Source: Candidatus Onthovivens merdipullorum
GTDB lineage: Bacteria; Bacillota_I; Bacilli_A; RFN20; CAG-826
Assembly: GCA_017694345.1 (NCBI GenBank)
Contig: JADIMY010000086.1
Location: 1 to 43,406 of the forward strand
Length of the DNA: 43,406 nucleotides
Direction of reading: 5' to 3'
Positions 9,816 to 17,754 of this stretch are shown one piece after another (the first letter of the stretch is position 1; each line of letters begins with the position of its first letter). The position numbers and the translations under genes are program-made. The notes under the pieces were generated by a model that made no database searches, had not been told where the DNA came from, and worked only from the letters and a program-made list of their open reading frames with translations.

Positions 9816-10599
9816 AAGGTTATTAGTATATTTAGTAATTATTCTTTTAACATCGTTTTTATACTATTTTTCTACTAATAATCTATTACTTTCTTTAATA
9901 GTAGGTGTTATTGGAATTTTATCTTTAATACTTATAGAAAATAAAATATTTAATTATTATAAAAAAGCTAAAAAGACCCATGAATGTATTCAGTTTATGA
10001 ATAACTTTATAATTACTTTATCGATAAATAAGAGTATTTTATCAACTTATGAAATATGTTCTAAATCTTTTTCTAAAGAATTAAAACAACAAGATAAATT
10101 ATTAAGTAATCTAGATGTTGAAACAAGAATTCATTATTTATCTAAATATTTTAATAATTCTACATATGAGGTGTTTATTAAACTGTTGGATCAATATATT
10201 TATAATGGTGGTGAAATTTTAAAAATATCGCAAATCTTATTATTTGATGCACGCCAACTTGAAGAAGATATCGATAATCAATATTTACTAATTATTAAGA
10301 AAATATTTGAATTTGGTAGTTTATGGCTGATTACTTTCATTATTTTGGTAATTATAAAATTTAGTTTAAACGATTATTTTCTTAAAATTAGTAATCTTGA
10401 TTACTTTAAATATGGATTACTTGGATTCTTTGGTTTCTTTTATATAAATACTATTTTCTTTGTATATAACGCTTTTAATTTAAATTTTGTTAAAGAAGTT
10501 GTTAAAGAAAATAATAAAAAGAAAGTTACTAAAACTAAAAAAGATAAAAAGGAGAAAATCAAGAATGTTAAAATTAAAAGAAAAAATGCTTTTAACTAA
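9808..10599 (+). CDS. TadB-like membrane platform protein
   Basis: Two N-terminal TMs, soluble domain with GG motif, two C-terminal TMs; follows the ATPase. Confidence 0.6.
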   Translation: MHKRLLVYLVIILLTSFLYYFSTNNLLLSLIVGVIGILSLILIENKIFNYYKKAKKTHECIQFMNNFIITLSINKSILSTYEICSKSFSKELKQQDKLLSNLDVETRIHYLSKYFNNSTYEVFIKLLDQYIYNGGEILKISQILLFDARQLEEDIDNQYLLIIKKIFEFGSLWLITFIILVIIKFSLNDYFLKISNLDYFKYGLLGFFGFFYINTIFFVYNAFNLNFVKEVVKENNKKKVTKTKKDKKEKIKNVKIKRKNAFN

Positions 10600-11227
10600 T
10601 AAAGATCCTAAAAAAGAGATTCTTAATAATGTGCTAATAAATGTCGTTATATTATTAGTTTCAATTACAACATATTTACTAACGAAAAACTTTATGTATT
10701 TTATATATTTTGGAGCAACTTTAATTTTATTTAATTTTTATTACTTTAGTCGATATGGAAGATCTTTAGGCAAAAATAATGAAGTATTAGTCGATGATTT
10801 TATTGATACATTTACTTATTTTAGAATCTATGTTTCTAATAACCGTAATGTCTACATGTCATTAAAAGAAATTAGTAATTATTCTTCTCCTTTTATAAAA
10901 GGAAAACTTAATGAACTATTAAATGATATTGATGAAGACAAATCTTTAAAACCATTTCTTAAGTTTGCAAGTTATTTTAATAACAGAAAAGTAGAAGAAG
11001 TAATGATAGCGATATATGAAATGATTGATGAAGGAAGTAACGAAAACTATATCAATCAGTTTATTCAAACCTTCATGGCTTTTAAACTTAGGGTTAATAA
11101 AAAAAGAGAAGATAAAAGAAATTCAAATATAAATTTATCAATTACTTTAAGTATTGTTGGAGTAGGTATCTTAATGATTCTAATAATGCTTGGCATTATA
11201 TCAATTTTAGGAGAAATAGTTGTATGA
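10565..11227 (+). CDS. TadC-like membrane platform protein
   Basis: Two TMs, T2SSF-like helical domain, C-terminal TM; AGGAG RBS before ATG 10565. Confidence 0.55.
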   Translation: MLKLKEKMLLTNKDPKKEILNNVLINVVILLVSITTYLLTKNFMYFIYFGATLILFNFYYFSRYGRSLGKNNEVLVDDFIDTFTYFRIYVSNNRNVYMSLKEISNYSSPFIKGKLNELLNDIDEDKSLKPFLKFASYFNNRKVEEVMIAIYEMIDEGSNENYINQFIQTFMAFKLRVNKKREDKRNSNINLSITLSIVGVGILMILIMLGIISILGEIVV

Positions 11228-11589
11228 GTAATAAATTAGCATTAATTTTATGTATTCCATTTATTTTATTCGTGTTCTTGTTTGGAGTAGATCTAGTAAT
11301 GATTCAAACAGTCTATACAAATTTAGATTCAATAAGTGAAACGATATCTTATAAGATTTCACAAAACGGGATTGATTCAAATGGGAATATTGATAAAAGT
11401 ATAGAACAATATCTATACGAAACAACAGGAGCGATTATAGTTTCTAACAACAATAATAAGGCTAATTTCTTAGAAGGTGACATCTTCGCCTATACGCTTT
11501 CTAAAGAATATCAACCAATATTATTGTCTAGTAAAACTATAACAATAAATATTGATCGATACGCAGTTATCGGAATTAATCATTCATAA
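11224..11589 (+). CDS. TadE-like pseudopilin
   Basis: LALILCIPFILFVFLFGVD resembles the TadE N-terminal helix; operon position. Confidence 0.5.
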   Translation: MSNKLALILCIPFILFVFLFGVDLVMIQTVYTNLDSISETISYKISQNGIDSNGNIDKSIEQYLYETTGAIIVSNNNNKANFLEGDIFAYTLSKEYQPILLSSKTITINIDRYAVIGINHS

Positions 11590-11602
11590 GGAGGTATTAA
11601 AC

Positions 11603-11779
11603 ATGGGTGAAATTAAAGGTCAATTATTAGGAATTGTATTAGTATTATCAATCTTTGGTATTGTAGCAACAGCTTTAACTACAGCATTTACAAATGTTAG
11701 CGACGATGTTGTTACCAAAATAGAAAGTTCAACAGAAATTACACCAGCTGCTCAAAATAACGATTTACTTAGCTTCTGA
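11603..11779 (+). CDS. Flp-like small major pilin candidate (58 aa)
   Basis: Strong AAGGAGG RBS; MGEIKGQ, then a hydrophobic helix and an amphipathic tail; last gene of the operon. Confidence 0.6.
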   Translation: MGEIKGQLLGIVLVLSIFGIVATALTTAFTNVSDDVVTKIESSTEITPAAQNNDLLSF

Positions 11780-11799
11780 GCTAAATAATTAATAGATGT

Positions 11800-11832
11800 A
11801 AAAAAATTAGGTTTATGGGGCCTAATTTTTTT
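11800..11832 (+). terminator. Terminator of the Tad-like operon (bidirectional form)
   Basis: AAAAAAATTAGGTTT-atg-GGGCCTAATTTTTTT. Confidence 0.8.
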
Positions 11833-11843
11833 GATTTATTTAA

Positions 11844-12242
11844 TATGAAGTAGATGAAGTAGCCACTACATTAATACGAAGCGATAAATATAATGCTTTA
11901 GGTAATAAAGAAAAAGCCGAATTGCTTAAAAAGTTATTCGATTATTATTTTGATTATGCAAAAAATATGACACTTAACTTAAACGAAGGTTCTAGATTTG
12001 TTAAAGCAATGACTTTAATTAATAATTTTGATATATCTAAATATTTATTTCTTAAAGGTGAAACAAAAGAAGAAAGCGTTAAAGAAGTTAATAAAATATT
12101 TATAACAAGAAACCAAAGATTATTTGCTTTATTTTTACTTGGGTATAATTTAACTAAAGAAAACAAACAAGTTCTATATCGATATTTAATTACTTTAGGA
12201 GTGAATAGGAATACTGTTAAAGAATGGGTTGGTATTGAATAA
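11844..12242 (+). pseudogene. 5'-truncated gene fragment, possibly the C-terminus of a large phage virion protein
   Basis: Frame is open from the stop at 11841 with no RBS-supported start; contains SDKYNALGNKEKAELLKKLFDYYFDYAK; lies next to a tRNA 3' end. Confidence 0.4.
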
Positions 12243-12348
12243 GCACAAAAAATAGTAGAAGTAACTAGCGTGTTACTAGTTTTTCTAATAATTGTTAAGA
12301 CATTTTTAAAAAGTATAAGGTTATTTTTATTTTTAAAATTTTGAAAAA

Positions 12349-12380
12349 GGCTTCCAAAAAGGCTTCCATAGGGGCTTCCA
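12349..12380. repeat. Three direct repeats GGCTTCCA at 12-bp spacing (integrase arm-site-like)
   Basis: Copies at 12349, 12361 and 12373, about 40 bp from the tRNA-Arg 3' end. Confidence 0.8.
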
Positions 12381-12384
12381 AAAA

Positions 12385-12409
12385 TAAAAAAGTTCGATTT
12401 AATCGAACT
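12385..12409 (-). terminator. Terminator after the tRNA cluster
   Basis: AGTTCGATT-T-AATCGAACT inverted repeat with a T-run on the minus strand. Confidence 0.65.
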
Positions 12410-12420
12410 AATTTGCAATT

Positions 12421-12497
12421 TGGCGCGCCTGACAGGAGTCGAACCCGTAACCTCTTGGTTCGTAGCCAAGCACTCTATCCAGTTGAGCTACAGGCGC
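12421..12497 (-). tRNA. tRNA-Arg (ACG)
   Basis: Cloverleaf; anticodon arm CTTGG-CTACGAA-CCAAG; GTTCGA T-loop; encoded CCA. Confidence 0.96.
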
Positions 12498-12504
12498 TTT
12501 AAAT

Positions 12505-12529
12505 AAAAAAAGATACTTTAGCGTATCTT
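12505..12529 (-). terminator. Terminator-like hairpin between tRNA-Pro and tRNA-Arg
   Basis: AAGATAC/GTATCTT stem with a T7 run on the minus strand. Confidence 0.5.
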
Positions 12530-12542
12530 GTATATTTAAGTT

Positions 12543-12619
12543 TGGTCGGGGCGACTGGATTTGAACCAGCGGCCTTCAGTTCCCAAAACTGACGCGATAC
12601 CAAGCTACGCTACGCCCCG
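12543..12619 (-). tRNA. tRNA-Pro (TGG)
   Basis: CGGGGCG acceptor; TCAGT-TTTGGGA-ACTGA anticodon arm; CCA. Confidence 0.96.
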
Positions 12620-12622
12620 AAA

Positions 12623-12699
12623 TGGTGACCTATACGGGATTCGAACCCATGAATGCATGCGTGAAAGGCATGTGAGTTAAGCCACTTCTCCAATAGGCC
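12623..12699 (-). tRNA. tRNA-Glu (TTC)
   Basis: CATGC-CTTTCAC-GCATG anticodon arm; CCA. Confidence 0.96.
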
Positions 12700-12701
12700 A
12701 A

Positions 12702-12776
12702 TGGCGCCAACTATAGGGCTCGAACCTACAACCGATCGGTTAACAGCCGATTGCTCTACCATTGAGCTAAGTTGGC
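12702..12776 (-). tRNA. tRNA-Asn (GTT)
   Basis: ATCGG-CTGTTAA-CCGAT anticodon arm; CCA. Confidence 0.96.
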
Positions 12777-12797
12777 GTTGCGCTTGAGCGCTTAATT

Positions 12798-12826
12798 AAT
12801 ATACCAAAACCATGATAATTAATCAA
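12798..12826 (-). promoter_or_regulatory. Sigma-A promoter of the tRNA cluster
   Basis: TTGATT-17 bp-TATATT with extended TG. Confidence 0.65.
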
Positions 12827-12838
12827 GATTTTTTTAAA

Positions 12839-13063
12839 TTATTTTAGCTTAGATTTTACAAGTCTTAATAAATCACCTAAATTTTTTAATTCTTGGGTTT
12901 CTTGAGGTTCAAATTTAATACCATAGGAATCTTCTAAGTCAAGAATAACTTCGACTACATCTAAAGAATCTAAACCTAGACTTGCTAAAGTAGCATTTTC
13001 ATCAATTTCAGCGATGTTTAATTTTTCTTTAATTTTTTCTTCTATTTCTTCATATTTAACCAT
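12839..13063 (-). CDS. acpP: Acyl carrier protein
   Basis: LGLDSLD phosphopantetheine motif; GAGG RBS before ATG 13063. Confidence 0.9.
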   Translation of the reverse strand: MVKYEEIEEKIKEKLNIAEIDENATLASLGLDSLDVVEVILDLEDSYGIKFEPQETQELKNLGDLLRLVKSKLK

Positions 13064-13224
13064 AAATTTACCTCGTTTTTGATATTTTAACATAAATTAA
13101 TTTTATAAAAAATATAATATTGCTTAATATTGATTGTGACAGTTAACAAAATATTTTTTGTGGAAATTATTTTTTACTATGATTTAGTCTTAATTTCCTT
13201 TACAATTAGTAAACAGGTGAACAT

Positions 13225-14847
13225 ATGGATAAATCAAAAATGAAGTTTATATTTGTGACTGGTGGAGTAGTTTCTAGTTTAGGAAAAGGAATTAGTGCTG
13301 CGTGTATTGGAAGATTATTGAAAAGAAGAGGTCTTCATATATTTTCTATTAAATTAGATCCATATTTAAATATTGATCCAGGAACAATGTCACCTTATCA
13401 ACATGGAGAAGTTTTTGTTACAAAAGATGGAGCAGAAACTGATTTAGATTTAGGCCATTATGAAAGAATTATTAACACTAGTTTGACTAAAGAAAGTAGT
13501 GTAACTAGCGGTAAAGTTTATCAAACCGTATTAGATAAAGAAAGAAAAGGGGAATATTTAGGAGCCACTATTCAAATTATTCCTCATATTACTAATGAAA
13601 TTAAAAAAAGATTATATGACGGATTTAACGCTAAAGGTGACACCGATGTTTGCATTGTTGAAATAGGCGGAACAGTAGGAGACATTGAATCTTTACCTTT
13701 TTTTGAAGCTATTAGGCAAATGCGTAGAGAACTTGGTTATGAAAATACTTTTTTTATGCATAATACTCTAGTCCCTTATCTAGAAACTAGTGGTGAAATA
13801 AAAACAAAACCAACTCAACATAGTGTTAAAGAACTAACTAGCTTAGGAATTCAACCTGATGCTATTTTACTTAGAAGCAAAAATTTAGTCGATAAAGCTT
13901 CTAGAAAGAAAGTCGCTTTATTTTGCAATGTCGATGATGAAGCAGTGATTAGCGTTAAAGATGTCGATATAATATACGAAGTTGCTTTAAATTTACAAAA
14001 ACAACATCTTGATGATTTAATTGTTAAACATATGAATCTAAAGTGTGAAGACACAGCTTATATGGACGATTATGTTAAACTTATTAGAAAAATTAAAAAT
14101 ATAAAAAAATCTATTAATATCGCTTTAGTTGGTAAATATGTTAAACTTCATGATGCTTATTTAAGTGTTCTTGAATCTTTAAAATATGCCGGATATGTTT
14201 ACGATCTTAATATCGATATTACATGGGTTGATAGTGAAGTTTTAGAGAGCGAAGATGCTAACGAAATTTTTAAGAATGTTGACGGAATCATTGTTCCAGG
14301 AGGATTCGGTAATCGAGGGATCGAAGGCAAAATTAAAGCAATTAAATACGCTAGAGAACACAATATTCCTTTTTTAGGTTTATGTTTAGGTATGCAATTA
14401 TCTTTAATTGAAATTGCTAGAGATGTAATTGGATATAAAGATGCTAATTCAACTGAATTTAATCCTGAAACAACTCACAAGATAATTGATTATTTGCCTA
14501 ATCAATATAAAGGAATCAAACTAGGCGGAACGATGAGACTTGGAGAATACGATTGTAAAATAATAAAGAACACCTTAGCTTATGCTTTATATAAAAAAGA
14601 AGATATTAGAGAAAGACATAGACATCGTTATGAATTTAATAGTGAGTATAAAAAAGATTTTGAAGATGTTGGAGTTGTTTTCAGTGGTTTTAATCCACAA
14701 ACTAAGTTATGTGAAATTATTGAGTATCCTAAAAATTCCTTTTTTATCGCTTGTCAATTTCACCCTGAATTTCAATCTCGACCTTTAAATCCTCATCCAT
14801 TATTTGTAGGTTTTATTGACGCAGCAAAGAAAGTAAAGTTAAATTAA
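13225..14847 (+). CDS. pyrG: CTP synthase
   Basis: GGVVSSLGKG, DPGTMSPYQHGE, KTKPTQHS, CLGMQ, RHRHRYE and QFHPE motifs. Confidence 0.98.
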   Translation: MDKSKMKFIFVTGGVVSSLGKGISAACIGRLLKRRGLHIFSIKLDPYLNIDPGTMSPYQHGEVFVTKDGAETDLDLGHYERIINTSLTKESSVTSGKVYQTVLDKERKGEYLGATIQIIPHITNEIKKRLYDGFNAKGDTDVCIVEIGGTVGDIESLPFFEAIRQMRRELGYENTFFMHNTLVPYLETSGEIKTKPTQHSVKELTSLGIQPDAILLRSKNLVDKASRKKVALFCNVDDEAVISVKDVDIIYEVALNLQKQHLDDLIVKHMNLKCEDTAYMDDYVKLIRKIKNIKKSINIALVGKYVKLHDAYLSVLESLKYAGYVYDLNIDITWVDSEVLESEDANEIFKNVDGIIVPGGFGNRGIEGKIKAIKYAREHNIPFLGLCLGMQLSLIEIARDVIGYKDANSTEFNPETTHKIIDYLPNQYKGIKLGGTMRLGEYDCKIIKNTLAYALYKKEDIRERHRHRYEFNSEYKKDFEDVGVVFSGFNPQTKLCEIIEYPKNSFFIACQFHPEFQSRPLNPHPLFVGFIDAAKKVKLN

Positions 14848-14853
14848 ATATAT

Positions 14854-14929
14854 GGGATAATAGCTCAGTTGGGAGAGCATATCGTTCGCAACGATAAGGT
14901 CGCGAGTTCGAGTCTCGTTTATTCCACCA
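14854..14929 (+). tRNA. tRNA-Ala (CGC)
   Basis: G3:U70 pair in the acceptor stem GGGATAA/TTATTCC; TATCG-TTCGCAA-CGATA anticodon arm; CCA. Confidence 0.93.
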
Positions 14930-14943
14930 TTAATGTAGATTAT

Positions 14944-14975
14944 GCCTGATTCCTTAATGGAGTTCAGGCTTTTTC
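14944..14975 (+). terminator. Terminator after pyrG-tRNA-Ala
   Basis: GCCTGATTCC...GGAGTTCAGGC followed by TTTTT. Confidence 0.75.
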
Positions 14976-15110
14976 TTTATTTACTAATAATAAACTTAAA
15001 AATATTGCCTCATTTGTCATTCAAAAAACCTCTAAAACTCAAATATTGTGACATTGTCAAAAAATTTAATAATAAAAATAAATATTTTTTGTCAATAAGT
15101 CTATTTTTGA

Positions 15111-15121
15111 TACCACTTGTA
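15111..15121 (+). promoter_or_regulatory. Second TACCACTTGTA box
   Basis: Identical to 7280-7290, 27 nt before the ATG and preceded by TCTATTTTT. Confidence 0.45.
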
Positions 15122-15137
15122 AGTAGGAGGTGAGAAA

Positions 15138-15737
15138 ATGTATTTTGATATCATTGTAAGTTTATTGGTATTAGTAATTTTTATTTTTACAGTTATAGTT
15201 TATTTAAACGGACTTAAAGTTGATAATAAAATTACTTCATTAGTGATTAAGGAATTTGATAATCGTGAATTTTATGAGAACTTCGATCTTGATGAAGATA
15301 TTAAAGTTTTATTTGAAAATAAAGATTATCAATTTTTAGTAAAGGAGCTTTATAAAAATAAAAGAATTACTTTTTCGTATGATGAATTAATTAAAAAAGT
15401 TAAAAAAACTAAGTTTAAAAATATTACAGTATGTGAAAAAGAATTTAATGATTTAATAGAAAGTTTGCTAAATAAAAAAGATTATTTACCGTTAAATACT
15501 TTTTGTGAAAAGATAAATTATGAACTGTTTAAATTAGAAAACTTTTCTTTTTATGCTTTGACTAATCCTAGTTTAAATGACTATTTATATCAAACTTATA
15601 AGAAAGAATTTATTAATCGAGTTTATAATCTTTCCTTTTTTATTAGTTCGATTGATGAAGATGAATTTAAATATAGTAATATTAGATTGCTTTATGAAAA
15701 ACGGATAAAAAGAAGAATATCTAAATCGTTCTTTTAA
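15138..15737 (+). CDS. Hypothetical protein with an N-terminal membrane anchor
   Basis: AGGAGGTG RBS; IIVSLLVLVIFIFTVIVYL TM segment. Confidence 0.65.
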   Translation: MYFDIIVSLLVLVIFIFTVIVYLNGLKVDNKITSLVIKEFDNREFYENFDLDEDIKVLFENKDYQFLVKELYKNKRITFSYDELIKKVKKTKFKNITVCEKEFNDLIESLLNKKDYLPLNTFCEKINYELFKLENFSFYALTNPSLNDYLYQTYKKEFINRVYNLSFFISSIDEDEFKYSNIRLLYEKRIKRRISKSFF

Positions 15738-15756
15738 AATTTTAAATTGAAGAAAA

Positions 15757-16698
15757 TTAAGACTGTTCGTTAAAATTTTTATTTAAAAACTCGATGATAA
15801 AAGCGTTACATTTTTTAGAAACATCTAAAAAAGGTCTTGTAACATTATAGACATGATTTGCTTCTAGACTATCTTCATAATAGTAGTCATAATTAAAACC
15901 ATTTTCTTTAAATATATTTAATAAATCATCGACTTGCTTATGAGTTAATTCGTCCCCTTTACTTCCGATGAGTAAGATTGGGATTGATTTATCAAAGAAA
16001 TTTAAAAAATAATGACCATCAGAAAACAAATAGTTTGGAGTAGATTTATAAAATTTGCCAAACAAATCTAAATTAAAATAACGCTGCAAAAATTTATTTA
16101 AAATCTTATTTTTTGGAGTAATAGGAATATTATGAATAAATGGAGCAGGGTGATTCAAGATTAAAGAATTAACTTTTATATCAATAGGTTTAATTGAATA
16201 AATATTACTTAAAAATTTAGAGTTATAAATACTTAATAAAAGTAAAGCAAGTTGTCCGCCAGCACTATCTCCACAAAAAGATATTTTATTTTTATTAATT
16301 GGTAAAGACTCACAATTTAAAATATATCTAATAGAAGAATCAATATCTATTAGCATATCGTTTAATGTTGCACCATCGATAAATAGTCTATAGGACATAG
16401 TTAGTACTATAAAACCGTTTCTTGCTATTTCCATCGCAAATAGACCATTTAAATCTTTATCTCCATAAAACCATCCACCACCATGAATATCAATAATTAA
16501 AGGATATTTTTTAACTAAATCAATATTTTTAGGTAAATAAATATTTAACCTGTGGTAAGGATTATTATCTTCGATATAAGAGTAAGTTTTAATTTCGATG
16601 TCTTTTACATCCTTTTGCATAGCGATGTATTTACTATCTCCATTTTTAATATCTATTTGAGCTTTTCTCAATAACTTTTTAAAAATTTTTCGAAACAT
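15757..16698 (-). CDS. Alpha/beta hydrolase (HSL-family esterase/lipase)
   Basis: HGGG oxyanion motif, GDSAG nucleophile elbow, C-terminal His. Confidence 0.88.
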   Translation of the reverse strand: MFRKIFKKLLRKAQIDIKNGDSKYIAMQKDVKDIEIKTYSYIEDNNPYHRLNIYLPKNIDLVKKYPLIIDIHGGGWFYGDKDLNGLFAMEIARNGFIVLTMSYRLFIDGATLNDMLIDIDSSIRYILNCESLPINKNKISFCGDSAGGQLALLLLSIYNSKFLSNIYSIKPIDIKVNSLILNHPAPFIHNIPITPKNKILNKFLQRYFNLDLFGKFYKSTPNYLFSDGHYFLNFFDKSIPILLIGSKGDELTHKQVDDLLNIFKENGFNYDYYYEDSLEANHVYNVTRPFLDVSKKCNAFIIEFLNKNFNEQS

Positions 16699-16765
16699 TT
16701 TTAATCCTCGATGGTTTTTATTATAATTTAAAGAAGTTAAAACTCATATAGTTTTTTGGAGGAAT

Positions 16766-17314
16766 ATGAAAGCACTTATTATATCGGATATACATGGTTC
16801 TAGTTATTATTTAAAAAAAGTGTTAGATAACGAATGTTATTTTGATAAACTCATCATTTTAGGAGATATATTATATCATGGTCCTAGAAATGATTTGCCT
16901 TATGGTTATAATCCTAAAGAAGTAATAAAGATTTTAAATAATTTAAAAACAAAAATCATTGCAGTTAAAGGAAATTGTGAGGCTTATGTTGATCAAATGG
17001 TTTTAGATTTTCCAATTTGTGAAAGCTCCTTTGTTTCAATGAATAATTTAGATTTATTTTTAACTCATGGACATTTAATAAATGAGGAACATCCAATTAG
17101 TTTACCTTATAAGACAATTGTTTTATACGGACATACGCACATTCATAAAATTAGTGAAGTAAATGGCAATACTTATTTAAATCCAGGAAGTGTTTCTTTA
17201 GCAAAAGGGGATAAAATTAATAGTTATGCTATATTAGAAAATAATAAAATTACAATTTATGATTTGAATAAAAATGTTTTAATGCAATATAGTCAAAGTA
17301 TTAAATATGAGTAA
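16766..17314 (+). CDS. YfcE/MJ0936-family metallo-phosphodiesterase
   Basis: SDIHG, GDILYHGPRN, GNC, GHTH and NPGS motifs. Confidence 0.9.
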   Translation: MKALIISDIHGSSYYLKKVLDNECYFDKLIILGDILYHGPRNDLPYGYNPKEVIKILNNLKTKIIAVKGNCEAYVDQMVLDFPICESSFVSMNNLDLFLTHGHLINEEHPISLPYKTIVLYGHTHIHKISEVNGNTYLNPGSVSLAKGDKINSYAILENNKITIYDLNKNVLMQYSQSIKYE

Positions 17315-17717
17315 ATATATAAAATGTGAAATTTCTAATATGTGTATGGTCTATAATGGCGACTATATTTTAGTAATAGACCGTAAAAAGAAAGATTGGC
17401 CTGGAATTAGTTTTCCTGGTGGACATCTTGAAGATAACGAATCTTTAACTCAATCTGTTATTAGAGAAGTAAAAGAAGAAACTGGTTTAGATATTTTTGA
17501 TCCTATTCTATGTGATATTAAAGAATGGCACTTAGAAGAAGGTGTTTTATATTTAGGTTTACTTTATAAAACCAATAAATTTAAAGGTGAAATTATTTCT
17601 AGTGAGGAAGGCAAAGTTTTTTGGATTAAAAAAGAAGAATTAAGTAAATATAAGTTATCTCAAGATTTTGAAGAATTATTTCATCTTATAGACGATAAGC
17701 AAATTACTTTAAAATAA
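17307..17717 (+). CDS. Nudix hydrolase (MutT-like)
   Basis: Nudix box GG...ES....REVKEETGL and SSEEG motif. Confidence 0.88.
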   Translation: MSKYIKCEISNMCMVYNGDYILVIDRKKKDWPGISFPGGHLEDNESLTQSVIREVKEETGLDIFDPILCDIKEWHLEEGVLYLGLLYKTNKFKGEIISSEEGKVFWIKKEELSKYKLSQDFEELFHLIDDKQITLK

Positions 17718-17754
17718 TGAAATTTTTCTTTATTGTTTTATTAGAGGTAAATAA

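Noticed and set aside
12349-12380. CRISPR array
   Set aside because: 8-bp repeats with 4-bp spacers are far too short; no array or cas genes seen in the window
11954-12469. 171-aa minus-strand ORF
   Set aside because: Starts inside tRNA-Arg, crosses its terminator and the repeats, and has no RBS; spurious
13133-13149. TTGTGAC half-sites (also at 15046 and 29257) as Rex operators
   Set aside because: Spacing does not fit TTGTGA-N6-TCACAA and none lies before the hydrogenase; could be chance in AT-rich DNA
13100-13224. Bacillus-type pyrG reiterative-transcription attenuator
   Set aside because: No GGGC start with a terminator hairpin is visible
14942-15133. 63-aa ORF after tRNA-Ala
   Set aside because: Begins within the terminator hairpin and has no RBS
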